Positions 44,725 to 55,128 of a DNA stretch of 64,000 nucleotides are shown here, piece after piece. The notes under the pieces are model-generated. The model had not been told where the DNA came from. It did no database searches and worked only from the letters and a program-made list of their open reading frames with translations. The position numbers and the translations under genes are program-made. How positions within the stretch are numbered: the stretch's first letter is position 1; the number at the start of each line of letters is the position of its first letter. The DNA is from Planktothrix sp. GU0601_MAG3 (GTDB taxonomy: Bacteria; Cyanobacteriota; Cyanobacteriia; Cyanobacteriales; Microcoleaceae), in NCBI GenBank assembly GCA_035193785.1, contig CP136572.1, forward strand, positions 4,276,578 through 4,340,577. Direction: 5' to 3'.

Positions 44725-46236
44725 TCAACCGGATAAGCGACGATTTAAACTACTCTGTCGAGAAGCCAGACGGGCTTTCCCCGCCGCCGCCCAATTTTGC
44801 AGAAACTCAATTTGTTCTTTCGCCGTTTTTGCTAAGGGAACAATTTGACTCGCTGCTTCTAAAATATCATCGGTGACGAAATCTCGGTTTTGACTAAAGC
44901 CAATGTGCATGGCTTCAATTAAAGTTTGTTCAATTTCCGCCCCGGAAAAATCCGGGGTTTCATAGGCTAATCGTTCTGTATCATAGTTTCTAATATTTTG
45001 GGGACGCAGTTTGGACAAATGCACTTCAAAAATAGCTTTTCGTTCCTCTTGATAGGGTAATCCTACAAAGAAAATTTCGTCAAATCGTCCCTTTCTTAAC
45101 ATTTCCGGGGGCAAAGATTGAATATTATTTGCCGTGGCTACCACAAAAACCGGGGAGGTTTTTTCGGCTAACCAAGTAATAAATGTCCCAAACACTCGAT
45201 TACTGGTTCCCGAATCTCCCCTACCATCTAATCCCGAAAAGGCTTTATCAATTTCATCAATCCATAACACACAAGGGGCTAGGGCTTCGGCTAATTGAAT
45301 CATTTGTCGGGTGCGAGATTCCGATTCTCCAACCAGTCCGGCAAATAGTCGCCCCACATCTAATCTTAATAGGGGTAAATGCCAATGGTGGGCGATCGCT
45401 TTTGCCGTTAAGGACTTTCCTGTTCCTTGAATTCCTACTAATAATAACCCTCTGGGATAGGGTAGGCCATATTGTCTAGCCCGTTCTGAAAAGGCCCCTC
45501 CCCGGCGTAATAACCAATCTTTTAAATTATCTAATCCCCCAATATCAGAAATATTTTCCTGGGCGGAATAGAAGTCTAAAATTTGAGTTTGACGAATGGT
45601 TTGGCGTTTTTCTTCTAAGATTAATTCAATATCATCGGCTTGTAATTCCCCATGGGTGGCGATTGCCTTAGCCAAAATTCGGCGAATCCTTTCCATCGAA
45701 AGTCCCTGACAGGAACGCACCATTTCATCTAATAAACGAGGTTCGATTGGATGTCCTGTGGAGATTAATAGCCGTTCTACTTCTGCCTTGATTTCTATTA
45801 GATTGGGTAAGGGAAATTCTAAAACTGTTAACACTTCACTCAAGTCAGAGGGAATAGAAATTTGGGGAGAAATAATCACCAAATTCTTAGGTTGGGATTT
45901 TAATTTTTTCGCTAAATTTCTTAATTTTCGCGAAATTGCAATATCATCTAAAAATCTATGAAAATCCCTCAGAATAAAGACGGCAGGCATTGCTTCGGGG
46001 AGTTTTTCTACAAATTCTAAGGCCTGTAACGGATTACGTTTTCCGGCCCCTAAATCATTAGGATTTCCCCCCTGATATCCTTCCACAAAATCCCAGACAT
46101 AAACCCCACGGTTGCCTTGATCTTTTGCCGCTTGTCTAATTACGGTTTCGACCCGTTCTTCTTCTAAAGTTGGAATGTAAATAATAGCGTAGCGCGATCG
46201 CAATAATAGCTTCAATTCCTGATTGAATTTACTCAT
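44725..46236 (-). CDS. ycf46: Ycf46-family AAA+ ATPase
   Basis: [33 protein letters not shown]; conserved position after yceD. Confidence 0.88.
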   Translation of the reverse strand: MSKFNQELKLLLRSRYAIIYIPTLEEERVETVIRQAAKDQGNRGVYVWDFVEGYQGGNPNDLGAGKRNPLQALEFVEKLPEAMPAVFILRDFHRFLDDIAISRKLRNLAKKLKSQPKNLVIISPQISIPSDLSEVLTVLEFPLPNLIEIKAEVERLLISTGHPIEPRLLDEMVRSCQGLSMERIRRILAKAIATHGELQADDIELILEEKRQTIRQTQILDFYSAQENISDIGGLDNLKDWLLRRGGAFSERARQYGLPYPRGLLLVGIQGTGKSLTAKAIAHHWHLPLLRLDVGRLFAGLVGESESRTRQMIQLAEALAPCVLWIDEIDKAFSGLDGRGDSGTSNRVFGTFITWLAEKTSPVFVVATANNIQSLPPEMLRKGRFDEIFFVGLPYQEERKAIFEVHLSKLRPQNIRNYDTERLAYETPDFSGAEIEQTLIEAMHIGFSQNRDFVTDDILEAASQIVPLAKTAKEQIEFLQNWAAAGKARLASRQSSLNRRLSG

Positions 46237-46242
46237 AGAGAG

Positions 46243-46437
46243 GGGGAGTGGGGAGGCAGGGGGGCAGGGGGAGCAGGGGGAGCGGGGGGAGCAGGGGGAG
46301 GTGGGGGAGTAGGGGGAGCGGGGGGAGTAGGGGGAGCAGGGGGAGCAGGGGGAGTAGGGGGAGTAGGGGGAGCAGGGGGAGCAGGGGGAGCGGGGGGAGC
46401 GGGGGGAGCGGGGGGAGTAGGGGGAGGTGGGGGAGCG
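46243..46437 (+). repeat. G-rich 9-bp tandem repeat (GGGGGAG[CA/TA/CG])
   Basis: About 20 consecutive units, each with a G5-G6 tract. Confidence 0.92.
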
Positions 46438-46454
46438 AGCTTCCTTGCTTGCTG

Positions 46455-46512
46455 ACTATAAAGGGTTAACTATAAAGGGTTAACTATCAAGTGTTAACTA
46501 TTGTCAACTATC
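46455..46512. repeat. Short 7/14-bp tandem repeat (STRR-like)
   Basis: actataaagggtta x2, then actatcaagtgtta, actattgtcaactatca. Confidence 0.6.
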
Positions 46513-46524
46513 AGTACCTCTGAA

Positions 46525-47025
46525 TTACTGTAGATTTTGCTTTAAATCTTGTAAAGAGGCCCAGCGTTGATCAAGAATAGGCTGGGATTCGGTTGATATC
46601 GGTTGGGGAAGTTCACAGGGCCCCTCACAGAGTTGGCGTAGCGGTAGGGCTAGGCACAATTGTTGATAGAGCCAATCCCCCAGTAAAAAATGACCTTGGG
46701 GGTGCAAACTTTCCACTGGTTCATCTAAAGAAATTTCTACCTCAGCTTTAGAAGCATCGACTTTATCTACCGAAACGTCCAACCAAATCAACTCAGAAGT
46801 ATCGACCTTCAACCGATGGTTATATTGTTTTAAACATCGGTCGCAGGTCAAATTCACAATAGTTTCCGCCTGCACCACCGCCTCGATATAAGTGGTTTTG
46901 TGACTAACCCGCATCCGACCGCGAATCGGAGTTAGGGTTTCTAAGTCTGGGAAAAACTCTTGAAACTCAAATTCTAAAGATCGGTTTTGTGTCCTGAGTA
47001 AATCTGGGATATAGATGGAGTCCAT
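46525..47025 (-). CDS. YceD/DUF177 family protein
   Basis: LTCDRCL and WLYQQLCLALP.R.LC..PC motifs, C-terminal DQRWASL. Confidence 0.85.
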   Translation of the reverse strand: MDSIYIPDLLRTQNRSLEFEFQEFFPDLETLTPIRGRMRVSHKTTYIEAVVQAETIVNLTCDRCLKQYNHRLKVDTSELIWLDVSVDKVDASKAEVEISLDEPVESLHPQGHFLLGDWLYQQLCLALPLRQLCEGPCELPQPISTESQPILDQRWASLQDLKQNLQ

Positions 47026-47078
47026 AATTATTTTCCCACCTGCCAACAATCAGCCAGGCTAAACAAAGTGTTCGGTGT

Positions 47079-47555
47079 CTAGCCTTTTATTTTAACCACC
47101 AAACGACGATCGGGTTCCTGTCCCCGACTATAGGTTTCCAAATCATTGCTTTCTTGGAGAAAGGAATGAATCAGACGTCTTTCTGCTGAGGATAGGGATT
47201 TAATTTCCACTTCTCCCCCGGTCTCTCGAACACGACTGGCTGCATGGTCGGCCAAGGCCCGCAGTTCTAAATAACGTTGAGTTCGATATCCGTTAAGTTC
47301 TATGGTGTAAGAGGTGCGATTTTCGTCCTCTTTGCCCAGGTTATGAATGGCGTTGAGTAAATATTGAATCGCATCTAAAACTTCCCCGTCCTGGCCGATT
47401 AAAGTTGCCACCTGTTCGGGGGTGAGATTAACTTGATCAATGGTTAACCAACAGGAATCCGCTTCTAAACTGGGTTTTACCTGGGAGGGAACCGCCCCTA
47501 ATTTGAGCAATTCCTCCAACCATTCTTGGCCCTGTTGTATATCGCTATTATTCAT
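47079..47555 (-). CDS. jag: Jag/KhpB-like KH-R3H RNA-binding protein
   Basis: LIGQDGEVLDAIQYL, SAERRLIH, SRGQEPDRRLV; follows yidC. Confidence 0.88.
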   Translation of the reverse strand: MNNSDIQQGQEWLEELLKLGAVPSQVKPSLEADSCWLTIDQVNLTPEQVATLIGQDGEVLDAIQYLLNAIHNLGKEDENRTSYTIELNGYRTQRYLELRALADHAASRVRETGGEVEIKSLSSAERRLIHSFLQESNDLETYSRGQEPDRRLVVKIKG

Positions 47556-47557
47556 TT

Positions 47558-48716
47558 CTACGACTGCGCCTTTTTCTTAGAACGTCCCGGCTCAAAGGGT
47601 AATGCTTCTCGTTCCCCATCAACGGTTGCTAATTTAGCGGTCTTACTGGATTCTTCCACAATTTTTTGCAAGTGTTCGGGTAGAGGTTTCCCGCGACAAA
47701 ATAAATGCTTGAACCGTTTGGAAGATATTCGCAATCAGCATATACAGCAACACACCCGCCGGAAGGGGGAAGAAGAAAAACATCCCACTAAACAGTACGG
47801 GGGTAATTTTATTAACGGTATCCTGCTGAGGATTACCACTACTAGAACCTTGTCCAGACAGAACTTGGTTCAGGTATAAAGATACCCCAAAAGCCAGGAT
47901 CATCCCGACAATATCCCAGTGAATCTTACCATCGGGGTCAACGGCTCCGACCCGACCCAAGGCATCAATAAACAGAAATCCCTTATCCGAAGCTAATCCC
48001 CTCAGACCCACTTGAATCGTGGCATCTCCGGGTGCTAAGGCCAGGATTTGACCATTTTCACCGACTTGGATCTTATCTTCCCCCTTCAGAATTTTCCAGG
48101 TGGGGATTAGGTTTACGTCTGGATATTTCTCCAATTCCGATGTTAAGGGTTTACCGTCAACGGTTTGGAGTTCTACCCGTACCTTTTCGTTCACCCCCAC
48201 ACGATTACCACCGGGAATCATTGCCACAACGGAAGTATGAATTCCATCGGCAAAATAATAGTTTTGAGCTTTCGTGGCGTAGGCTTGGGGCTGAATTTGT
48301 TCTGTCTGTTCTTGGGGTAAAATCTGTAGGTCTACGCTGTAGTTGACATCAGAAAAGGGTGAACCCCGCAAAGTGGCAAACAGAGCAAAAAGAATCGGCA
48401 TTTGAATCAGCAGTGGGAAACATCCGGCTAAGGGGTTTCCTAGTTCTTTGTAGACTCTGCTCATTTCTTCCCGTTGTTTCACGGGATCGTCTTTATGCTG
48501 TTGTTGAATTTGATCAACCCGTTCTTTCATCAACGGTTGGGTGACTTTCATTCGCCGCATATTGCGAATGGAACCCGCATTCAAGGGGTAAAGCGCGAAG
48601 CGAACCACTAAGGTTAAGGCCACAATCGCTAAACCATAACTAGGCACGATCCCGTAGAAAAAATCTAGGATCGGCAACATCACATTATTGGAAAGAAACC
48701 CGATACCAAAGTCCAT
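47558..48716 (-). CDS. yidC: Membrane protein insertase YidC; apparent frameshift at about 47688
   Basis: [27 protein letters not shown]; removing one A gives [12 protein letters not shown]...LPFEPG...stop 47558. Confidence 0.95.
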
Positions 48717-48861
48717 TCTTTTGAGTTTATTGAACTGCTTGCGTTAAATATATATAATTTTAAGAACCATCAGCCGACGCTGGATTAACAGGTTGGCGAC
48801 AACCCGCACCATCCGTCAGCTTTCAGGCTCAACACCGAAAAAACTGCATCCTTTTCCCAGA

Positions 48862-49255
48862 TTAGCGGCTGGTTGTCGCACTGGCTTTTTGGGCCTGGGG
48901 TGAGATCTTATCAAGGATAAAATCATAGGCTTCTCGAAATCGAGGAACGGCCCGCAGTTCCAGACGAGAACCATTTTTCAGGGTGACAACCATATCCCCC
49001 CAAGTCCCGAGTCCTCTGGGAAACCTTCACGATTTTGATGATTTCCGAATAGACAATATCGGTACGATCCTGTCCCATCCATCCACCAATCACGGAGATT
49101 CGGCGGTTGGTAATCCGATAGCGCAGCCATAAAGCCCGCACAATCGCCCCAATCGCCAGAGGGATGCCAATAACCGTCAGTCCTATTAATAGATTGATAA
49201 TGAGGTCGCCGATCGCTGGGCCTCCTTCATAAAAACTTTCCTCCCGTATACCCAT
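48862..49255 (-). CDS. Bacterial PH-domain membrane protein; apparent frameshift at about 49022
   Basis: EESFYEGGP, RYRITNRRISV; repaired frame KVPRGLGTWGDMV; conserved position between rnpA and yidC. Confidence 0.82.
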
Positions 49256-49631
49256 TTAAAACCTCTGCTTCTACCAACAACTTTTCTAATTCTTGCAGAA
49301 TTTCTGAATAATTGCACTGATCGGCTGTTGGTTTAACGACGATCACAACGTCCCAACCCGGCGAGATCAAGGGTAAAAACTGATGCCAAACCGCTCTAAT
49401 TTGACGTTTGATCCGATTCCGAACCACAGCCCGTTTACTCACTTTTTGACTTATGGAAATCCCCATCCTAGTCGGCTGAACACAGGACGAGTCGGTTGAA
49501 TTCCGTTCTGTTTTATGGGGTTGACCTCGTAGTGCCCTCAAGGTTAAATGAGGGGTTTTGCGATGCAGTCCTTTGCTATAGACGGCTTTGAAGTCTTTGG
49601 GATGTCGGAGTCGATTGATTTTCGGTAACAT
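49227..49631 (-). CDS. rnpA: Ribonuclease P protein component
   Basis: MLPKINRL, GISISQKVSKRAVVRNRIKR. Confidence 0.95.
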   Translation of the reverse strand: MLPKINRLRHPKDFKAVYSKGLHRKTPHLTLRALRGQPHKTERNSTDSSCVQPTRMGISISQKVSKRAVVRNRIKRQIRAVWHQFLPLISPGWDVVIVVKPTADQCNYSEILQELEKLLVEAEVLNGYTGGKFL

Positions 49632-49740
49632 TAATTAGGTACTGCTACCCACAAATTCAAAATTTCCTTTAGCTTGATCATCAGGAGGGCAATGAGTTCG
49701 TGGGAATAGCAATAGGTTTTCTTGAATTGGGATCAAGTAA

Positions 49741-49878
49741 TTAAAACGTTAAACGCGCCCGTCCTTTCCTGCGACGAGCTTTGATAACTGCTTGACCGTT
49801 TTTTGTCCGCATTCGTACTCTGAAGCCAGAAACTCTTTTCTTTTTGCGGTTCGTTCCTTGCAGGGTTTGTTGAGCCAT
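49741..49878 (-). CDS. rpmH: 50S ribosomal protein L34 (absent from ORF track)
   Basis: Manual translation [53 protein letters not shown]. Confidence 0.96.
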   Translation of the reverse strand: MAQQTLQGTNRKKKRVSGFRVRMRTKNGQAVIKARRRKGRARLTF

Positions 49879-49994
49879 TACTTACCTCCGGTGCCTTTTT
49901 GTTAATTTGTTAATCAAAAGTCACAATTTTTCAGTGTATCACATCTTTGAGACTTTGGATGCCGAGTGTAAAAAGCTTCGGAGCAACCAGAATA

Positions 49995-50504
49995 TTAATC
50001 AATACTCAAAATCCAAGTTCCCACATAACGCAACATCGGCAAATCCCCAGGGGAGCGAATATTGGCGTTAAAGTTGAAGACGCCCCCAAAGGTGGGATTT
50101 TTGACGTTGGAGAGAACTATTTCTACCTTAGTCCCCGCCGGAATGGGTTCTTGGGGGTAAATTTGGATGATATGGTTTTCTTTATCCCAAATCACATCTT
50201 CTAAGGGAATGGGTTCATCTTCGAGTCGAATTTCTACTGATTTAGGATCAATTTTGCCTTTATAGTATTTGGGGTAGGTGATGGAAACTTCGGCGATCGC
50301 TAAATTCAACTTATCGGCTGGAAGTCTGAGTTTATAACGATCCCATTCTCCCGACCGTCCGCTTTGGAGAAAATAATTTAAGATGTTGGTTTTATCGGGG
50401 CCACTCAATAGGGTCATCCCGGGTAAACCCTGGGCTTGGGTGATTTTAGCTAAACCTGTCAGGGCTAAACCCGTTATTAATAGTGCAGAAAATAGTCGTC
50501 GCAT
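49995..50504 (-). CDS. Secreted DUF2808-family protein
   Basis: Signal peptide; LSNVKNPTFGG.FNF...YVGTW.L tail. Confidence 0.75.
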   Translation of the reverse strand: MRRLFSALLITGLALTGLAKITQAQGLPGMTLLSGPDKTNILNYFLQSGRSGEWDRYKLRLPADKLNLAIAEVSITYPKYYKGKIDPKSVEIRLEDEPIPLEDVIWDKENHIIQIYPQEPIPAGTKVEIVLSNVKNPTFGGVFNFNANIRSPGDLPMLRYVGTWILSID

Positions 50505-50731
50505 ATAGGCTCCTGTAAAAAAAATTAAATTTTGTTTAAATTTTACCAACTATATCAAAAATAGGTTAAATGATTAAAAATCTACATCGACCAAATACGC
50601 GGGTAATTATAACATTTTTCGGGTTTTTGTGCAACAATTCTTTGAAGGGGAATAAATTCCCTCACAGTTTTATCTCCACAAGTGTTAAGCAAGAGTTATT
50701 AAATTTAATAGAACAGTTACCTGAGCATTCT

Positions 50732-50956
50732 TTAGCTAACAGGGGCAAGGTTTTCAGCCAAATAGTTTTCTAAAAAGGTTTGGGGAGAAATACCCTGTTT
50801 TTGAGCTTCGGCTTCGAGTTGGCGAATCATCCAGAGGGGTAAATTGAGTTCTATTTTTTGCTTTTCTCGGTTGGGTCGTCTGGCGGTCGAGAAATCCATA
50901 AATTCGGTGAGGTCTTCACCTGCATCAAATTTTGCGTCAAATTCTTCGGCTTTCAT
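50732..50956 (-). CDS. brnA: BrnA/CopG-type antitoxin
   Basis: MKAEEFDAKFDAGED...RHH-like C-terminus; overlaps brnT end. Confidence 0.8.
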   Translation of the reverse strand: MKAEEFDAKFDAGEDLTEFMDFSTARRPNREKQKIELNLPLWMIRQLEAEAQKQGISPQTFLENYLAENLAPVS

Positions 50957-51209
50957 ACCATATAACCTCATTGGGACGGGAACGGCGGACGGAAATAATT
51001 CGGATATTTTTGAATCTGTAAGTGATAACGGCTGTCCAGTGTTTTTCCTTCACTTTGCCAATGACTAAAAAACGCGATTCTGTTTCGCTTGTAGCCTGAA
51101 TTTCCAACAAGTCATCGTCTTGCCAAAGTTGTTGGGCGTCGATGAAGTCTATGCCGTGTTTTTGTTGGTTGGTTCGACTTTTATTGTCGTCATATTCAAA
51201 GCTATACAT
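50937..51209 (-). CDS. brnT: BrnT family ribonuclease toxin
   Basis: FEYDDNKSRTNQQKHGIDF, RF..IG, IRIISVRR. Confidence 0.9.
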   Translation of the reverse strand: MYSFEYDDNKSRTNQQKHGIDFIDAQQLWQDDDLLEIQATSETESRFLVIGKVKEKHWTAVITYRFKNIRIISVRRSRPNEVIWYESRRI

Positions 51210-51339
51210 GGTTAGCCTTGGGGAATGGTCTCTAGGAGGTTGGCAAATCCGTGTTTGTTACGGGTTTCGGTCAGGGTGTAACTGTTCATTTTCTGAGCTT
51301 TTTGACTGTTTTGTACATTTTAGCAGTTTTATTAGGTGA

Positions 51340-51858
51340 TTAGTTAATCCTGTAGGGGGTCTACCTATCTTTTTCCAAGGATTAGGAGAAAAAAGAGCAT
51401 TAGGAGTGGGGATTACTTTTGGTGTAGTTTATGTTCTTTGCATAATCTTAGCATTTAATAAAATAAAAAGTCAGAATTTAATTTCTGAAATAGCTGTTTT
51501 CAACCTAATTGCTCTGAGCATCACCAGTTTTTTAAGTATTGCTGGATCTAGCTTTTTAACCCGTAAATTATTCAGAGGTTATGGCAGTATAAAAGGAGAT
51601 ATATTTATTGCAGGTACAGCTTTAATTCCTATATCATTATTAATTTTAATTTCTTACTTTTTGGGTTTTATCAACTTGGAAATCATTGCTATTTTTGCTG
51701 TAATAGCTATGACTTATACGATTTTAATGATTTACACAGGATGTCATCAAATTTCAAAAATACCTGAAAATGGAGCGGCTTTAGCTGTATCAGTCATGTT
51801 AATTCTTAGTGGATGGCTATTGAAAATTTTAGTTGTTTCTAATTTAATCTCAAAATAG
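51340..51858 (+). CDS. Multi-TM membrane protein, probably 5'-truncated
   Basis: Frame open from 51340 (LVNPVGGLP...) before GTG 51406; about five hydrophobic segments. Confidence 0.5.
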   Translation, partial: LVNPVGGLPIFFQGLGEKRALGVGITFGVVYVLCIILAFNKIKSQNLISEIAVFNLIALSITSFLSIAGSSFLTRKLFRGYGSIKGDIFIAGTALIPISLLILISYFLGFINLEIIAIFAVIAMTYTILMIYTGCHQISKIPENGAALAVSVMLILSGWLLKILVVSNLISK

Positions 51859-51883
51859 GCTTAATATTTGAGATAGAAGAAGA

Positions 51884-51942
51884 AGGGCGGGTTTAGTGAA
51901 ATCTTTGATGGGTATTCAATATCAGGGTGAACCCGCCCCTAC
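51884..51942. repeat. REP-like element (GGGCGGGTT...AACCCGCCCCTAC)
   Basis: Inverted arms; related copy at about 52569-52629. Confidence 0.65.
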
Positions 51943-52004
51943 GGAGATTTTGTGGATTTAACCGGATATCATATCAACATTATCCCTTTTATGAGCAAAT
52001 TCTA

Positions 52005-52515
52005 ATGCTGAACAATTTTGGTAAATTTTTAATTGTATCAATCATTTCATTGATTGAATTAATTGGCAATTCTACATCAGTCTTAGCGCAGTCTACCGCA
52101 GTTCCCATGAGGTTACAACATGGTGAAGGAATTTATACAATGACTGTTCCTGACCGAGATACAACTCGTGCTGCTTATGGGGGAAAATTGAGGCTTTATG
52201 ATGTGCATATCGCTAAAATGTTTGAAGTGACTTATTATGATTGTCAACAGATTAATGCCGGATCAAGAACTTGGTTATATTATGCTGGTAATGGTCAAAT
52301 TAATATGGGGGAATTCTTTATTAGTTGTGACATGGCGAATCGAATGGTTAACCGCTATGGTTTAGGTCAACCTGAATCAACAGTAATTGAATACTCTCAA
52401 GAAGAAGCTGGGCCACCCATTCCTAGAACTCGTTTCTATTGAGATTTTAGATATTACAGGTTCAAAGGTCGATTCATGGATTGATTTTGTACAGGGATTT
52501 AGGCCTGTTCGTTAA
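52005..52515 (+). CDS. Hypothetical secreted protein; apparent frameshift at about 52434
   Basis: Signal peptide ending VLA-Q; removing one T gives TRSIEILDITG...FRPVR stop. Confidence 0.6.
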
Positions 52516-52675
52516 ATTAGTATTATGCTGATAGCTAGAATTTAATTTCACTTAATAAAAAGTAGGGATGGGGCGGGTTTATTAAGATTGGGGTGATGTG
52601 ATGGAGGTTGACTCGAACCCGCCGCTACAGTTGGGGGATTTAATCAGAAGGGAAAGTGTGAGTGTTGTCAGTGTC

Positions 52676-52740
52676 AGAAACTGGGTTTCTCAATAGATGT
52701 TGATGGGATACAATTAACTTTAATTAGAAACCCGGTTTCT
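52676..52740. repeat. 65-bp AGAAACCGGGTTTCT doublet element, copy 1 of 3
   Basis: Palindromic ends with conserved GATGGGAT(A/G)(C/T)AATTAA core; other copies 53292-53356 and 58657-58721. Confidence 0.8.
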
Positions 52741-52768
52741 TGACTTGAGATGAGAGCGATCGCTCGTG

Positions 52769-53224
52769 CTAATCTTCTTGAGCATCATCTGATAAAATAT
52801 ATTCATCCTCAAAAACCTCTGACCAAGACAGCGAGGTTAATCGACATTTTTTCCCCATTTCATCCTCAGTATCCTTCACCGCATTCTCAAAGCATTTATC
52901 CCAGATAGACTCAAGAAAATTACGATTCAAACTCGGTATTTCTTCTTGACTTTCTTGAATTTCTCGACGGGCTGAACGAATACTAATAGTCCAACTAGAA
53001 CTGCGTTTTTGAGGTTGACATTTCCATTTAATAACGTGAAGCATTAAGCGAATTAGCTGGCTTTTGACGGCTCTTTTTTCAGTTCTTCCCATTGCTTCAA
53101 TTAGAGATTCTAAACCTTCCGTTGCTTCCATAGATTTTCCTTCTTTGAGAAGTTTATGGACGTTGACAGCCGTTTGATAATGAGAACACACTGCTAACCA
53201 GTCCCAATCTTGTTTAGTCAGCAT
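52769..53224 (-). CDS. DUF29 family protein
   Basis: LIEAMGR.EKRA..SQL..L..H.IKW..QP..RS.SW..SI...R...PSL. Confidence 0.85.
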   Translation of the reverse strand: MLTKQDWDWLAVCSHYQTAVNVHKLLKEGKSMEATEGLESLIEAMGRTEKRAVKSQLIRLMLHVIKWKCQPQKRSSSWTISIRSARREIQESQEEIPSLNRNFLESIWDKCFENAVKDTEDEMGKKCRLTSLSWSEVFEDEYILSDDAQED

Positions 53225-53291
53225 GGCTATTTCCTTAATATTACTAATATTCATCAATTTATCATAACTAATAGGATTTGGAGAAACTCTG

Positions 53292-53356
53292 AGAAACCGG
53301 GTTTCTGAATAAATCTGGATGGGATGTAATTAATCTCAATTAGAAACCAGGTTTCT
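53292..53356. repeat. 65-bp AGAAACCGGGTTTCT doublet element, copy 2 of 3
   Basis: Same ends and core as 52676-52740. Confidence 0.8.
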
Positions 53357-53652
53357 TGACTTGAGATTTTGCGATCGCCGGGCTAATCTTCTAACTAACT
53401 ATCAGCTAACGGTGCTTTATCTCTACTATTACTTACTTTTTTCCTAGGGATATGTGTTTATCTGTATTAAGGTATAACCTAAACTTGTATGTCTCGAATC
53501 TTATCGAATTTTCAAAACCTCGCCTATAATATAACACGATCTTGTTCATGTCATCGGGATTGGCCAATATTGGATTGACTTGGCGAAGTAGAGGAAAAAA
53601 CGTAACTGTTAACCGTTAACTGTTAACTGTGAACAAATTATCAGGAGATTGT

Positions 53653-54811
53653 ATGAAAATTGGCATTGCTAAGGAAAGTCAGGTAGATGAACGGCGAGTT
53701 GCCCTCATCCCTGATGTTGTCGCCCGTTTGGTTAAACAGGGTGTAGAAGTGTGGGTGGAGTCAGGGGCCGGGGAGCGGGCCTGTTTTTCCGATGGAACCT
53801 ATGAACAGGCGGGGGCAAAAATCGTTGATCAGGGGACACTTTGGGGCGAAGTGGACGTCCTGCTGAAAGTCGGGGTATTGCAGGACTCAGAAGTCTATCA
53901 ACTCAAGTCTGGCGGGGTGTTAATCACCTTTTTGAACCCCCTGGGAAATCCTGAATTAATTCAGAAACTGGCGGCCCAGAACGTGACTTCCTTTAGTATG
54001 GAACTGATCCCCCGTACCAGTCGCGCCCAAAGCATGGATGCCTTGTCCTCTCAAGCGAACCTGGCCGGATATAAGGCGGTATTAATTGCCGCCGCAGCCC
54101 TACCGAAATATTTCCCCATGTTAACCACGGCCGCCGGAACCATTCGTCCCGCTAAGGTGTTAATTTTGGGGGCGGGGGTCGCTGGGTTACAGGCGATCGC
54201 CACGGCCCGACGTTTGGGTGCTATTGTCGAGGGGTTTGATATCCGTCCCGAAGTCAAAGAACAGGTACAAAGTTTGGGGGCTAAGTTTGTAGATGTGTCC
54301 CTAGAGGAAGATACCGTAGCCGAGGGGGGTTATGCCAAGGAAATTTCCGAAAAAGCCAAGGAACGCACCCGGGAAGTCCTGAGCCAGCACGTCGCGGCTT
54401 CTGATGTGGTGGTGACAACGGCCCAAGTTCCGGGGAGAAAGGCTCCCGTATTGGTGACGGAGGATATGGTAGCCCAAATGAAACCGGGTTCGGTGATCGT
54501 TGATTTGGCTGCGGAAACAGGGGGGAAACTGTGAATGCAGCGAAGCCGGGAAAGATGTAGTTAAACATGGCGTGACCATTATTGGGCCGATTAATTTGCC
54601 ATCTTCCATGCCCATTCATGCCAGTGAAGTTTATGCTAAAAATATTTCGGCTTTATTGGCATTAATGATTAATAAAGATAAGCAACTGGAGATTAATTTT
54701 GCTGATGATATTCTCGATGGTTCTTGTGTGACCCATAACGGTGAAATTCGTTCTGAAAGAGTCAAACAAGCCTTAACCCAAAGTCCTCAACAGTCCCCTG
54801 TCAACAGTTAA
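53653..54811 (+). CDS. pntA: NAD(P) transhydrogenase subunit alpha, part 1; apparent frameshift at about 54516
   Basis: ERRVAL.P, RAQSMDALSSQ, GAGVAGLQA, repaired DLAAEQGGNC. Confidence 0.95.
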
Positions 54812-54831
54812 CTGTCAATTGTTCTGAAATT

Positions 54832-55128
54832 ATGACTACTGAAACATTGATTTCCGCATTGTTTGTGTTTGTTTTAGCGACCTTTGCGGGGTTTGAAGTA
54901 ATTACAAAGGTTCCGCCCACTCTCCATACTCCCCTAATGTCGGGGGCAAATGCGATTTCAGGAATTTCCGTTTTAGGAGCGTTAATTATTGCGGGCGATC
55001 GCGATTGGAATGTCACCGTGATTCTGGGATTTATCGCGATTATTCTGGCTATGATTAACGTTGTCGGTGGCTTTTTGGTTACAGATCGGATGCTGGAAAT
55101 GTTCAAGAAAAAAGAGGTTAAAGCCTAA
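54832..55128 (+). CDS. pntA: NAD(P) transhydrogenase subunit alpha, part 2
   Basis: LHTPLMSGANAISG, NVVGGFLVTDRML.MF. Confidence 0.93.
   Translation: MTTETLISALFVFVLATFAGFEVITKVPPTLHTPLMSGANAISGISVLGALIIAGDRDWNVTVILGFIAIILAMINVVGGFLVTDRMLEMFKKKEVKA

Noticed and set aside
46248..46469. Gly/Ser/Arg-rich 73-aa ORF
   Set aside because: Translation of the 9-bp G-rich tandem repeat
50669..50680. oriC/DnaA boxes upstream of rpmH
   Set aside because: Only an imperfect TTATCTCCACA, no box cluster and no dnaA/dnaN in the window
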